Of a stretch of DNA of 64,000 nt, positions 13,283 to 26,537 are shown piece by piece. The DNA is taken from contig OX597833.1 in assembly GCA_951406725.2 (NCBI GenBank), forward strand, positions 50,902,001 through 50,966,000. The letters run 5' to 3'. Position numbers and translations under genes: made by a program. Positions within the stretch are counted from its first letter, which is position 1, and each line of letters starts with the position of its first letter. The stretch comes from Octopus vulgaris (taxonomy: Eukaryota). The notes below the pieces were generated by a model that saw only the letters and a list, made by a program, of their open reading frames with translations, had not been told where the DNA came from and made no database searches.

Positions 13283-13508
13283 TTCGCGATATATATTATA
13301 TATATATATATATACTTCGCGATATATATTATATATATTTTTTTTTTCTTGGGGCTGGCCGAGTTGGAGCAAATATCAGAATTGAACAGCCGAAATTTGC
13401 TATGATGATTCGGTGTCTGACTGAAGATTGAAGGCTTCGAATGATTTGTCTGTGTTCCGTGTTTGTCCCTTCCTGTATTTCACGTTCTTTATATATAAAA
13501 CATTTGTT

Positions 13509-13581
<73 letters not shown>

Positions 13582-14004
13582 TTAAATAGTAAGTGTAGAA
13601 ATTGATATCAATCAATGAAAACCAGTGGCTTAGCATATTAAGAAAAGTCGGAAGATTAAAAAATTGTTACACACAAAATTATGAGGAATGACCACTAAAG
13701 TGGACACCCTATATGCTAAATATAGACGTCAAATCGTCATTAATTTTACATATATATATACATAGCTATAGATGAAGTCACCTGCACCAGGTACAATGCA
13801 GTGCGAATGAAATCTAAACCATGTGGTTGCGAAGCGAACGTCTTAACCACACAGCCACGTCTTGGCCAGTTGATTAGATCGACCTCAGTACGAAAGTAGT
13901 ACGTAATTTATAGACCCCGAAAGGATGAAAGGCAAAGTAAATTTTTTTTTTCTTTATCTATGCGCAAGGAAAATCTTGAGGCTTTATGTTAGGTGACTGT
14001 TTAT

Positions 14005-14578
14005 TCTTTCCTACTCTAGGTTCAAGGCCCGAAACTTTTGTGAAGGAGGCCAGTTTAGTAGATCGACCCCATTATGCGACTGGTACTTAATTTATCGACC
14101 GTGAAAGGATAAAAGCAAAATCGACCTCGGTGGAATTTGAACTCAGAACGTAACCGCAGGTGAAATACCTATTTCTTTACTACACACAAGGGGCTAAACA
14201 CAGAGAGGACAAACAAGGACAGACAGACGGATTATATCGACCCCAGTGTGTAACTGCTACTTATTTAATCGACCCCGAAAGGATGAAAGGCAAAGTCGAC
14301 CTCGGCGGAATTTGAACTCAGAACGTAGCGGCAGGCGAAATACCTATTTCTATTTCTTTACTACCCACAAGGGGCTATACACAGAGAGGACAAACAAGGA
14401 CAGACAAACGGATTAAGTGGATTATATCGACCCCAGTGCGTAACTGGTACTTATTTAATCGACCCCGAAAGGATGAAAGGCAAAGTCGACCTCGGCGGAA
14501 TTTGAACTCAGAACGTAGCGGCAGGCGAAATACCGATAAGCATTGCGCCCGGCGTGCTAACGTTTCTGCCAGCTCGCC
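14005..14578 (-). mobile_element. SINE group 2, tandem trimer
   Basis: Three bodies joined at GAAATAC|CTATTTC (about 14168 and 14343). The last unit has a different tail. Confidence 0.88.
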
Positions 14579-15024
14579 ACCAATATTTGTTGGGAATATT
14601 ACTAGCAATGATAGTTGCTTTCTGAAGTAGGTTAAGAAAATAATGAATTGAGGATTACTGTTCAAACATATCAGTGATTTTATAGAGTTGTTTTGCAAGG
14701 TTGTAGGATTGAAATGACGTTGCGGTTCCCATGTTTTCAAGCTTTATGTGAAGAGAAGCCTGACCTCTATGTGATCCTGTTTGTTGCTTTCAGAAGATCA
14801 TATTTCTATGATGTGGATATCTTGTTGATGTCAGAATATTTTGAAAGCTATTTGTTAAGGGATTATTAAAGAAACTGTGTTAGACACTTGAAAAGAAAAA
14901 AAAAATCGCGTAAACATCTGCAACATCAAATAAAAAAAAAATGCCGCTATCGATTAGTAAGTCTGAAAATCATACTTTCAGTATAATCTGAGTTCGATTA
15001 TATTGATTTCGTTTTTAAACAATT

Positions 15025-15239
15025 CTTTTACTCTTTTACTCTTTTATTTGTTTCAGTCATCTGACTGTGGCCATGCTGGAGCACCGCTTTTAGTCGAGCA
15101 AATCGGCACCTGGACTCATACTTCGTAAGCCTAGTACTTATTCTATCGGTGTCTTTTGCCAAGCCGCTAAGTTACGGGGACGTAAACACACCAGCATCTG
15201 TTGTCAAGCGATGTTGGGGGGACAAACTCAGACACACAA

Positions 15240-15298
<59 letters not shown>

Positions 15299-15464
15299 TA
15301 CGACGGGCTTCTTTCAGTTTCCGTCTACCAAATACACTCACAATGCTTTGTTCGGCCCGAGGCTATTGAAGAAGACACTTGCCCAAGGTGCCACGCAGTG
15401 GGACTGAACCCAGTACCATGTTGTTCGTAAGCAAGCTACATACCACAAAGCCACTCCTGCGCCT
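15025..15464 (-). mobile_element. SINE group 1, full length
   Basis: Reverse complement of the group 1 consensus. Confidence 0.88.
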
Positions 15465-15535
15465 ACATACTACAAGCTCAATGACAGAAAGAACTCTTTC
15501 AAAACCGGAATTATAATTAATTCCCTTAGTCTTAT

Positions 15536-15907
15536 GATGGAAGCACTCTGTCGGTTACGACGATGAGGGTTCCGGTTGATCCGAATCAACGGAACAGCCT
15601 GCTCGTGAAATTAACGTGTAAGTGGCTGAGCACTCCACAGACACGTGTAGCCTTAACGTGGTTCTCGGGGATATTCAGCGTGACACAGAGAGTGACAAGG
15701 CCGGTCCTTTGAAATACAGGTACAACAGAAACAGGAAGTAAGAGTGAGAGAAAGTTGTGGTGAAAGAGTACAGCAGGGATCACCACCATCCCCTGCCGGA
15801 GCCTCGTGGAGCCTTTAGGTGTTTTCGCTCAATAAACACTCACAACGCCCGGTCTGGGAATCGAAACCGCGAGTCCGCTGCCCTAACCACTGGGCCATTG
15901 CGCCTCC
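15536..15907 (-). mobile_element. SINE group 3
   Basis: Near-identical to 8981-9363, with imperfect flanking repeat CCCTTAGTCTTA/CCCTTACTCTTA. Confidence 0.88.
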
Positions 15908-16568
15908 CCTTACTCTTAATGACCTTCAAGACTAGTATGAGTGTTAAATGAATTAAAATATCTGGATTAACGCTTACCTATGCAGGACAGTACAACCAAA
16001 TAGAAGCGATGGCACCCTATGTACGACCAGATAGAACTAATAGCACCTAACACGGGCATAGCAGAGCTTCCACCTAGAGGGTTCTTAATTATGAAAATAG
16101 ATCCACAATTAGCTATTTAAATTGCCGTAGTAAGTATAAGTATGAGTATATCCCATGCACACATGTAGCTCAGGAGGAAGTCATCTGAACATGTCAGCCT
16201 CCCTACAGGTAATGTTGGTAATACATGTGTGCAAGATTAAGCAATTACTACAAAAAAATCCGCATATTTAAAATCCTAAATGTAACATAGTAACTGAATT
16301 TTATTTAATCCTGTTTATAATTTAATCTGAACAAATTTTATGCTAAACTGCTAGATTACAAAACCAAAAGCTTATCAGAGTGTTTTCAGTCTGTCTGTCT
16401 CTGTCTCTCTCCCCCTCTCCCTATCTCTCCCCCTCTCTCTCTCACTCTCTCGCTCGCTCTCTGTGAGTACCAGGGTGTCTGAGTCGTGCTGAGAAAATGC
16501 ATGTAAATATGAAATAACTTAAAGTTGATTCAACTTATTCAATGGCTGCTTCATGAACTGACAAACTT

Positions 16569-17405
16569 CAGGGTGGTGGGGGTGTTACTGTTGCATTTAG
16601 CCCCAGGCGAACATCGACGTCACCAGAAAGGCTAGACACCGTCACGGTGCCCTTATCCTGCAAAGGGAGGTAATTTCCCGATGAAGCGGAAACCACACAC
16701 GGACCATGGTTTCAAGGTGTATTGCCTATCGTCGGCGTGTGGTAGGCTTCCGCTTCCTCGACGAATTCTCACTCTGCAGGATATTCATATATAGATTTTC
16801 AAGCAAAATACATTTGCTGATCTCAAGCCTACCACACGCCGACGATAGGCAATACACCTTGAAACCATGGTCCGTGTGTGGTTTCCGCTTCATCGGGGAA
16901 TTACCTCCTTTGCAGGATAAGGGCACCGTGACGGTGTCTAGCCTTTCTGGTGACGTCGATGTTCGCCTGGGGCTAAATGCAACAGTAACACCCCCACCAC
17001 CCTGCCCTGTCCCTAGCCATATTCAGATGGCTTTAGTCCCTTATGTTATCGAGCAGTTACTGTCTATATCTCTTTTAGAGAATTATTATTGCTTTCGAAC
17101 AGATTTTCGAGATCAGCAAATGTATTTTGCTTGAAAATCTATATATGAATATCCTGCAGAGTGAGAATTCGTCGAGGAAGCGGAAGCCTACCACACGCCG
17201 ACGATAGGCAATACACCTTGAAACCATGGTCCGTGTGTGGTTTCCGCTTCATCGGGGAATTACCTCCCTTTGCAGGATAAGGGCACCGTGACGGTGTCTA
17301 GCCTTTCTGGTGACGTCGATGTTCGCCTGGGGCTAAATGCAACAGTAACACCCCCACCACCCTGCCCTGTCCCTAGCCATATTCAGATGGCTTTAGTCCC
17401 TTATG

Positions 17406-17409
<4 letters not shown>
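16569..17409. repeat. Inverted plus partial tandem triplication of a non-coding element
   Basis: 16569-16824 is the reverse complement of 17109-17364. 16825-17049 is a direct copy of 17184-17409. The copies are nearly identical and the structure ends in (TA)n. Confidence 0.9.
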
Positions 17410-17481
<72 letters not shown>

Positions 17482-17920
17482 GCACGCACACACGCATAGA
17501 TAATTTGATAGACAGACAGACAGATAGGTAGATAGATAGATTCCATGTTCTTTTCTCTCATTGATGCGGTCTTTATGATATGTGCTAGCCCTCCTTTCAG
17601 CGCTTAGAACCATTTGTGATGAAGCAACGCTGAGTGTTTCGTACGATTAAAAGTAAGAGCTGCAACCCGGGCACAAGGCCAGCAAGCTTGGAGGTGGGTA
17701 TCAAGTCGATTACTTTAACCCAAGTTTTCAACTGGTACTTATTTTATCGACACCGAAAGTATGAAAGGCAAAATCAACCTCAGCAGAATTTGAACTCAGG
17801 ACATAAATATAATAAAACAAAACCAGACGAAATGCAGTTAGGCATTTTGTCCGCAACGTACCAACGGTTCTGCCAGTTACCCGCATTAACCTGATGGTGA
17901 TATTATCGCGCTGAAGGTCG

Positions 17921-18131
17921 CTGAGCTGGCAGAATCGTTAGCACGCCGGGCGAAATGCCGAGCGGTATTTCGTCTGCCGTTACGTTGTGAGTTCAAATTT
18001 CGTCGAGATCGACTTTGCCTTTCATCCTTTCGGGGTCGATTAAATAAGTACCAGTAACGCACTGGGGTCGATATAATCAACTTAATCTCTTTGTCTCCTT
18101 TATGTTTAGCCCCCTGTGGGCAATAAAGAAA
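17921..18131 (+). mobile_element. SINE group 2, head-to-head with an older copy at ~17670-17890
   Basis: Group 2 head, body and tail. Confidence 0.85.
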
Positions 18132-18175
18132 TACATATTACCTCGCTGAGTGCATTCATTCCTACATTTTAAATA

Positions 18176-18208
<33 letters not shown>

Positions 18209-18735
18209 ATGTATGTATGTATGTATGTATGTATGTATGTATGCATGCATGCATGTATGTATGTATGTATGTTTGCATGCATGTCTCTACGTATTTATAT
18301 CTATGTTGTGTATGCGTGTATGTGTGAGTGTGTGTTATTTTCATCGTATAACTTATATGATTAATTAATATTCCAGAGGTTTTCAATTGAATGAACGTAA
18401 TAGCCTATCGTCAGAGAAATACATGAAATCCTTAAATATAAGCTTCGGCATAGCTTAGTGTAGAGATTTAAAGCAAAAAATAAAAAATTAATTGACTATG
18501 AAGAATAGAAAGTGGATATGAAGATACAAGAAGCAATCAATACGAAGAGAAGAAATATGAATCGGTTATTTAATTCCATTTAATTCGAATTATTCCAATT
18601 ATTAATTTAGTTAGCATCTAAAAAATATTCGTTATCAATGTTAGATTTTAACATGCGTTTGTATGTGTGTCTATGCGCATGCGTCTGTTTGCATACACAC
18701 ACAGACATACATGCTCATATATATATGTAAGTTAG

Positions 18736-19057
18736 GAGCACTCCGTCGGTTACGACGACGAGGGTCCCAGCCGATAGATCAACGGAACAGCCTGCTCGTG
18801 AAATTAACGTGCAAGTGACTGAGCAATTCACAGACATGCGTACCCCTAACGTAGTTTTTATGGAGATTCAGCGTGACACAGAATGTGACAACGCTGGCCC
18901 TTTGAAATACAGGTACAACTCATTTTTGCCAGCTGAAGGGACTGGAGGAACGGCAAATAAAGTGTCTTGCTCAAGGACACAGCGCGTCGCCGGAAATCGA
19001 ACTCACGACCTTACAATCGTGCCCGAATGCCCTAACCACTAAGCCACGCGTCTTCAC
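18736..19057 (-). mobile_element. tRNA-derived SINE sharing the group 3 tail but with a different head and body
   Basis: AGCACTCCGTCGGTTACGACGACGAGGG...GCCTGCTCGTGAAATTAAC is shared. The head differs: GTGAAGACGCGTGGCTTAGTGGTTAGGGCATTCGG. Confidence 0.75.
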
Positions 19058-19547
19058 ATATATGTAAGTATATGCATACAGATAGATATATAGATAGATA
19101 ATAGATAGATAGATAGATTGACAGATAGATAAGAGAAATAAGAAACGTTAGCACGCCGGACGAAATGCTTAGCAGTATTTCGTCTGCCGCTACATTCTGA
19201 GTTCACATTCCGCCGAGGTCGACTTTCATAAAGTCAGATCGCTGACATAAAATTGAAGATAGAGACGAAAAAAGAACGATTTCTAGCTTATAAGATAAAT
19301 TCTTGATTCACTGAAATTCTCATCGCATCCAGAGAACGTAAACACACGCAAGGTGGCAACTGCAAACGAGTCTGACTATAGAAAATAATTGGAGAATGAA
19401 AATTCTCCGGGATTGACATCACATTAAGGACAAGACAACCTTACTTTGTTTTAGAGACAAGAACACAGCTATAGTTAAGTGTTTCTGCCTCAGGAAACAT
19501 CATCGGCACAGCAGTTGTTCTATATTAACTATATGTATAGCTACTGG

Positions 19548-19793
19548 TCTGTCGTCCTTGTTTATCTCCTCTGTGTTTTAGCCCCTTGTGGGTAGTAAAG
19601 AAATTGGTATTTCGTCTGTCGTTACGTTGTGAGTTCAAATTCCACCGAGGTCGACTTTGCCTTTCATCCTTTCGGGGTCGATAAATTAAGAACCAGTTTC
19701 GCACTGGGGGTCGATGTAATCGACTTAATCCCATTTTGTCTGTCCTTGTTTGTCCCCCTCGATGTTTAGCCCCTTGTGGGCAATAAAGAAATA
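19548..19793 (+). mobile_element. SINE group 2, tail plus headless unit
   Basis: Junction GTAGTAAAGAAATTGGTATTTCG. Confidence 0.82.
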
Positions 19794-20586
19794 GATATAT
19801 GCTTGCGCGCACACACGAACACACACGTGTATGTTGAACCAGTATAGCACGTACAACGCCATTCCATTGTCTGCCTTTCTCTCTCATTCATTCCTCTTTT
19901 CCTGCTTATCTGCACATCACACACACACACACACAAACACACACACAAACTCACACACACACACACACACACACACAGGCACATACATTACACAGTAGAG
20001 TCAGTATATATTCCTTTTTTTATAGTTTATCAACACACTGTCAGCCCCGATCGAGCATACTTAAATCCAAAGGGATTAACACCATTATTATCCCGTTGGT
20101 TTTCCAAGAATTTCCGAACTACATGATCCGATATGTCTTAATGAACCGAAAGTTGTTTAGACTGCTATTTCTAGCAGGCCGGTCAATTGTGCTTACGCTC
20201 CCTCTTGGGCTTGGATTTATTTCTATTAAAAGGCAGAACTAAATGTATTTATTTATTCAATGAATCACCGCATAACATTCTTTACTCTTCATGTATTTCT
20301 CTTCATCCCTTCATTTGTATTGTTCTCTGTCCTTCATTCGTTCCATCAATCATATTTCTCCTTTCCAGAATTCTTTCTTCTCTCTATTCCTGTCCTTTCC
20401 TTTATTCTCTCTATATCTTGTTCATCCTTTCTTTCTTCTGTCTATTCTTGCCTTCCCTTATTTGTTGCTTGTTATTGTTTCCAGCTTATTATGAATATGC
20501 AAATACTTCCATGTTTTATTAATGTCTTACGTAAAAACAATTTACATTTAATTAACGCCCGTACCTGCTTGCCTACTCTTCAACAC

Positions 20587-20690
<104 letters not shown>

Positions 20691-20760
20691 CTATCTATAT
20701 ATATATATATCTATCTATTTATCAATCTATTTATCTATCTATCTATCTTTTTCTTTTCAG

Positions 20761-20888
20761 ATCCCTTTTGATCGGATTTTACATTTGTTTCCCTTTTTTT
20801 CCTTTTTCTTATTCCATCATCGAAAAGAGAAGCTCTACATTTGTATTTGTCTTCTCCGTGTTCAGCCCTGCGTGGCCAATAAAGAAAG
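20761..20888 (+). mobile_element. LINE-like 3' end fragment; homologous copy at 37505-37636 (-)
   Basis: TTTGATCG...AAAAGARAAGCTCTAC.TTTGTA.TTTGTC...GTGTTCAGCCCTG.GTGG...AAAGAAA is present in both copies. Confidence 0.55.
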
Positions 20889-20920
<32 letters not shown>

Positions 20921-21169
20921 ACATACATACATACATTCATACATACATATATAACACACAAGAGTTTGTAACTAGCGAATGTACATGCGTGTGTGTGTGT
21001 GTACATAAATACATCATACACACATGCACACATATATAGATGTGTATGCATGTATTAGTGTATATACGTATATGACTATGTGCATATATTCTCTCAGCGG
21101 GAATGCGTCCATTTACATTCATCCTTGAACGGGTGGCTATAGGCTTGTGCATGGGTTTTCATATATATT

Positions 21170-21368
21170 TCATTACTGCCCACAAGGGGCGAAACACAGA
21201 GGGAACAAACAAGGAAAGACAAAGTGCGTAACTGGTATTTAATTTATCGACCCCGAAAAGATGAAAAGCAAAGTCGACCTCGGCGGAATTTGAACTCGAG
21301 ACGTAACGACAGACGAAATGAGGCTACGCTTTTCGCCCAGCGTGCTAACGTTTCTGCCAGCTCGCCGC
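21170..21368 (-). mobile_element. SINE group 2
   Basis: Reverse complement of the group 2 consensus. Confidence 0.82.
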
Positions 21369-21778
21369 CTATGTGTTTTCATATATTCGTATATATTCCA
21401 TAAGTGTGTACATGCGTGCTTGTGCGACTATTTACTTGATGTTGCCGTGTGCATGTACGTGTATGCATGTGTGTGCGTGTGTGTGTATGAGTATCTGTCT
21501 AAACTAGGGATTTTCAACGTTTTTTTTTGTACCATGCTGGTCTCTTTCACTGAGTGGTGTCGTAGAAGTGATCCCTCCGCATGATTTACAAGATAAGTTT
21601 TAAAATAAATAAACATAGGCGCAGATGTGGCTGTGTGGAAAAAAGCTTACTTCGCAGCCACATGGTTCCGGGTTCAGCCCCACTATGTGGCACATTGGCC
21701 AAGTGTCTTCTACTATAGCCTCGGGCTGACCAAAGTATTGTGAGTGGATTTTGTAGACAGAAACTGAAAGAAACCCGC

Positions 21779-21814
<36 letters not shown>

Positions 21815-21816
<2 letters not shown>

Positions 21817-22475
21817 TGTGACTACTCAGTGGGATCTGTCTAGTAGGGAGGTTTCGTATTTTTTGTCGGTGAATAGTCAGTCTGTTTCTTAGAGTAAGCG
21901 TCATTTGACCTATGTAATCTCCATTACATCCTTGACAGTTGATAACGTATATTAAATTGCTTGAAGAACCTGTAAAGTAAATTTTAACGGTAAAAGTCTG
22001 TCCTGATTTGAATCTTCATGTTGTGTCTTCAATAAGTGTGATGCAGGTCTCGCTATTGGGGCGGCCACATTTTTTGACCGTTGGTGTATGAATTGTGAAA
22101 GGTAATTTAAAATTTGTGGGAATACTTTTAGGGACTTTGATTGTATTTTACTTTTGATCATTTTGTGTATTTCAAAAGCTTGTTTCATTCTTGGGTCTTG
22201 TTTTAGTAGTGCGATGTTCTGATGGATAATATTGTAAATCTCTGTGTTTCTTGTGTTATGTATTGTAATAAGGGGTAGATTAATGGATTATCTGGAGCGT
22301 TTTTCGTTTTTCGTAGTTCTTCGATATTTATTGCCTTGGCACGTTCGACTCCGTTGTCCATTAGCATTAATGGATAATATCTTTTAAGTAGTACTTGTTT
22401 TACTTCTCGGAGACTTTTATTGCGACTTTCAGGGTTTGATACAGTTGTGCAGATTCTACTTGTTAGATTGAAGAC
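21815..22475 (-). pseudogene. Decayed Penelope-like ORF fragment (thumb + GIY-YIG)
   Basis: Minus-strand peptides NLTSRICTTVSNPESRNKSLREVKQVLLKRYYP and YVINCQGCNGDYIGQMTLTLRNRLTIHRQKIR, interrupted by frameshifts. Confidence 0.75.
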
Positions 22476-22544
22476 ACAACATATAAATTCAAATCAAGGC
22501 AGACTTTTACCGTTAAAAATCACTTTACATGTTCTTCAAGCATT

Positions 22545-23100
22545 CTGTGCCTGACTGCTGCCACTAACAATGATTCCCTAATCTCGGGGCGTTCACTGCC
22601 AATTCTTACTCTGGCGACGCGTTTGTCACAGTAAGTCGGCAGAAATACCCATTCCTGTGTCCTTATCGGCACAATCGAATGGTTTATTGCGTCTTCTTCG
22701 TTGCCAAACCTTACTTCCAGGCGTATAAAATGTGGTCAGCCTTTTTACGTTCTCGAGGCACTCCTCTATTGCCTCTACTGGAGCCACCTCTATTTTTTTA
22801 GAGGACGTGAATAGCGTTCTGCGCACCACTGTCCTCTTCGTTACATTGTTAGTCAAATCTTGCGGTGGAGTCAGCCTCAAGCTGGCTTTTCCCTTTCTAT
22901 TAATTTACTGCCCTCCTTCCACTTTCTGGGCTCTATCTTAATTTCTCATACTTCCAGGGCGTTGGTAGATACTCCTTTAATCGTGGCTGATGCATAGCTT
23001 CCAGCTGGTACATTTTCCATCTCCCCTCTCTTCTCCACTTCACCCATAAACCCTCGTTCCTGTAGAACCCAAAGCTATGAGGAGATCATTTCCTGAGATA
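22545..23100 (-). pseudogene. Probable decayed LINE (L1/Tx1-like) ORF1 fragment
   Basis: Coding-like peptides LFTSSKKIEVAPVEAIEECLE and RFGNEEDAINHSIVPIRTQEWVFLPTYCDKRVARVRIG in shifted frames. The family assignment is from recalled resemblance only. Confidence 0.4.
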
Positions 23101-23175
23101 ATGGAAAGTGAAGAATTTCACATGCTTGTCAACATTTGTTCAAATATTGCTTTCCATGAGGACACCGAAAAGCTA

Positions 23176-23340
23176 GGCGTAGGAGTGGCTGTGTGGTAAG
23201 TAGCTTGCTTACAAACCACATGGTTCCGGGTTCAGCCCCACTGCGTGGCACCTTGGGGCAAGTGTCTTCTACTATAGCCTCGGGCCAACCAAAGCCTTGT
23301 GAGTGGATTTGGTAGACGGAAACTGAAAGACACCCGTCGT

Positions 23341-23428
<88 letters not shown>

Positions 23429-23828
23429 ATCCAAAAATGAAAGCACAAAGAGAAAACATAACAACGCGAGGACGTGGAACAAGTATTGTGTTATTCGACG
23501 CTCAAGAAAGGAAAGAAAGAAGAAAGATCCAAGAAAGGGAAGACGGAGGGAAAAAAATCGCCAACGATACACACGCGGTCACGTATGTATGTGTGTATGT
23601 ATGCGTGTGTGTATATGTTTGTGTGTCTATGTTTGTCCCCCAACATCACTTGACAACCGATGCTGGTGTGTTTACGTCCCCGTAACTTAGCGGTTCGGCA
23701 AAATAGTCCGATAGAATGAGTACTAGGCTCACAAAAAATAAGTCCTGGTGTCTATGTGCTCCACTAAGAGGCGGTGCTCCAGCATGGCCACAGTGAAATG
23801 GCTGAAACAAGTAAAAGAGTAAAGAGTA
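23176..23828 (+). mobile_element. SINE group 1 with a ~155-bp insert (23428-23582) in its internal microsatellite
   Basis: Group 1 head and tail. The insert is the reverse complement of the 6584-6770 element. Confidence 0.85.
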
Positions 23829-25320
23829 ATCTTATTTGATTCAGTGGGTTATAGTGTTCAACTTAATCCAAATACTTAGGTCGCAATTTATTGTAAATAT
23901 TTTCTCGTAGTCAGAAGTCTTCAGGAGAATGGATTTAGAAACAAAAAAAAAAAATGAAATTTCATTGTATCAAACTGGGACGATTTTACTGAATGACCGG
24001 TTTTCAAAGTCAGAAACTCAGTTAACAGATGCACTGTTGTTCCATAGTTTTTGTCTTGTTTCATTTCTAATGTTGAGATTAACTGCAACGGAAATGTCAT
24101 TGCTTACTAATCAGTCAATGTGCAAACTTTATTTATATTCATGTGTTCTTCCTTATTTACTTGATTCTCGCTAACGCTATCTGTTGTTAAACCGTGCAAG
24201 GTATTTCGAGATTGGGAATTCTGTTGTCAATTCTCAGATGCCTTGTTCTGTGTGTTTCTCAAGCATTGTAAATGGAGATTTGTGTTTAGGTATACTTATC
24301 CGTACAACAGTAGAGATTTTTACCTATAGAGTGATTTCAAAGCAGCTATGCATGAAGTAAATTTGTCTTAGCATATCCGTGTAACTAAGTTCGTATTATT
24401 GCCAATGTATTTTTGCCCCCGATTCCGTAGGCAAATATATTTTGTTGACAGCTGTTGAGCAAACTCCTCTGAGTTTAATTTCGTGAGAATAACATTGAAT
24501 ACGTAACAGAAGAATGCTGGTTTATTCATAGCTTAACAGCTTTCAAGGGCTAAATCACAGCAAATACCGCATCATTATTATAAGGCAGTATAGCTTGCTG
24601 AATCTGTTCATAAACTGTTCGCCTTCTAAATTTGCGTTTCACGAGAACCGACAATGCATTTCCTCTAACTCGGCTTCCATAAAAAGAAGCAACAATGGAT
24701 ATATATATTTAGTTGAATTCCATCGGCAAAATCCGGCCCCTGCAAATATGTGGTTTTGTGTCAAATTAAGATGATTACACTAACGATTAACAGTTTAAAA
24801 CTTCTAACTTCTAACCATCTCATCCAAATTTCATCATCTATAGTTCACACTTTGCCTTCTTCTCTTCTGTTTCGAATCAGGAGATGGTTAACCCTTTGGA
24901 GACTGATTGCATTCATCTCTATGCAAATATGATTTATTAACGTACAATTGAATGCTATTATATTTCGTATAATGATTTCGTTTTATCCTGAATGGATGGA
25001 CACCTATGGATTCTGTAGTACGTTTAACCCTTTGAACTCAACATGATATTTGTTCGTGTGTAAATGGTCTTGGAGCATTGTAAATCAATTTCAACGTTAC
25101 ATTGTAGCTAATGATTCTTTGTCTCCTTTCTAAACGAATCTCCCTCTCCCCCTTCTCTCTCTCCGTTTCTCTCTATCTCTCTATTTCTCTCTCTGTCTCC
25201 CTCCATCTTCTGTCTACTCCCTTCTCTCATCTCTTTCTCTTTATTGCAATTTGTTTCTTTTCTATCATCCGGCAGTCTATTTAACTCCTTCAGCTAAATA
25301 GACTACGGGGAATTACATAA

Positions 25321-25381
<61 letters not shown>

Positions 25382-25422
25382 GTGTGTGTGTATGTATATA
25401 TATGTATATATATGTATGTATG

Positions 25423-25454
<32 letters not shown>

Positions 25455-25506
25455 TATGTACATATATATGTATATATATGTGTGTGTATATGTATGTATA
25501 GAAATC

Positions 25507-25551
<45 letters not shown>

Positions 25552-25634
25552 GTATACATGTAGACATGCACGTACACACACATATATATATATATACGTG
25601 TATAAACATCCAGAATGCACATATATATGTATAC

Positions 25635-25666
<32 letters not shown>

Positions 25667-26499
25667 ATAAATTTATACTCCTATCAATACATATAATGAC
25701 GTATACATGCATATATGTGTATATGTGTATATATATATACCCATACATGCACACAAACACACACTCCCCGTAGTCTATTTAGTTCATTGACTCCTCTAAA
25801 TTCCATCTTAATGTAAATGAGATTGCATTATTCAGGTTCAGAATAACATTATAACATTATATTACAGTTAATGTACCGTCCATTGTTTCCATGACCTACC
25901 ATAATCTCCGCCATATTCAAAAGACTCTTTTCATGAAATACCTTAGAAAATTGTTTGATGGTTCAGTGTAGTAATATCTGGGAAATTCTATCGTCGGAGG
26001 AATCTATTCTGTCATTCCGGAATAGTTACACTGGTTAAGAAATATTTAAGCACGTCTTAGAAAAATATTTGATCTGAAAAGGCTTATCTTTTTTCCTTTT
26101 TTATGTTCAAGGAAAATATTGATGCCAGGTAACTGTTTATTGACGAATCAAGGAGAGAGATTTTACATGGTGTCAGTACAGCTAATGCTCTCCAATACTT
26201 CCACAAGAGATATATCTGTTATCTTTACTATTTATCTTTGATTCATGTTGATCATTGGAGAACGGCCATGTTGTGGCAATATTTCAAAGAGCTTATTTGA
26301 AAAAATTCGAATTCTGTTTTTTTTTTCTTACATTGTCTCACCGTTGTAGGGATATAAAAAAAACCAAAACTGATTGTCAATTGCTAGGAATACAAATACA
26401 AAAACAAACACACACACACACACACACACACACAATCACATTCGACACTACATATGTATGTGTGTATGTATGTATGTATGTATGTATGTATGTATGTAT

Positions 26500-26537
<38 letters not shown>

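Noticed and set aside
15970-16080. Possible minus-strand exon with GTAAG donor
   Set aside because: No recognisable peptide; the sequence is largely an imperfect ~30-bp tandem duplication.
24100-24930. Very old Penelope-like relic (KYIG...LVTRI on the minus strand)
   Set aside because: Too degraded to delimit or call with confidence.
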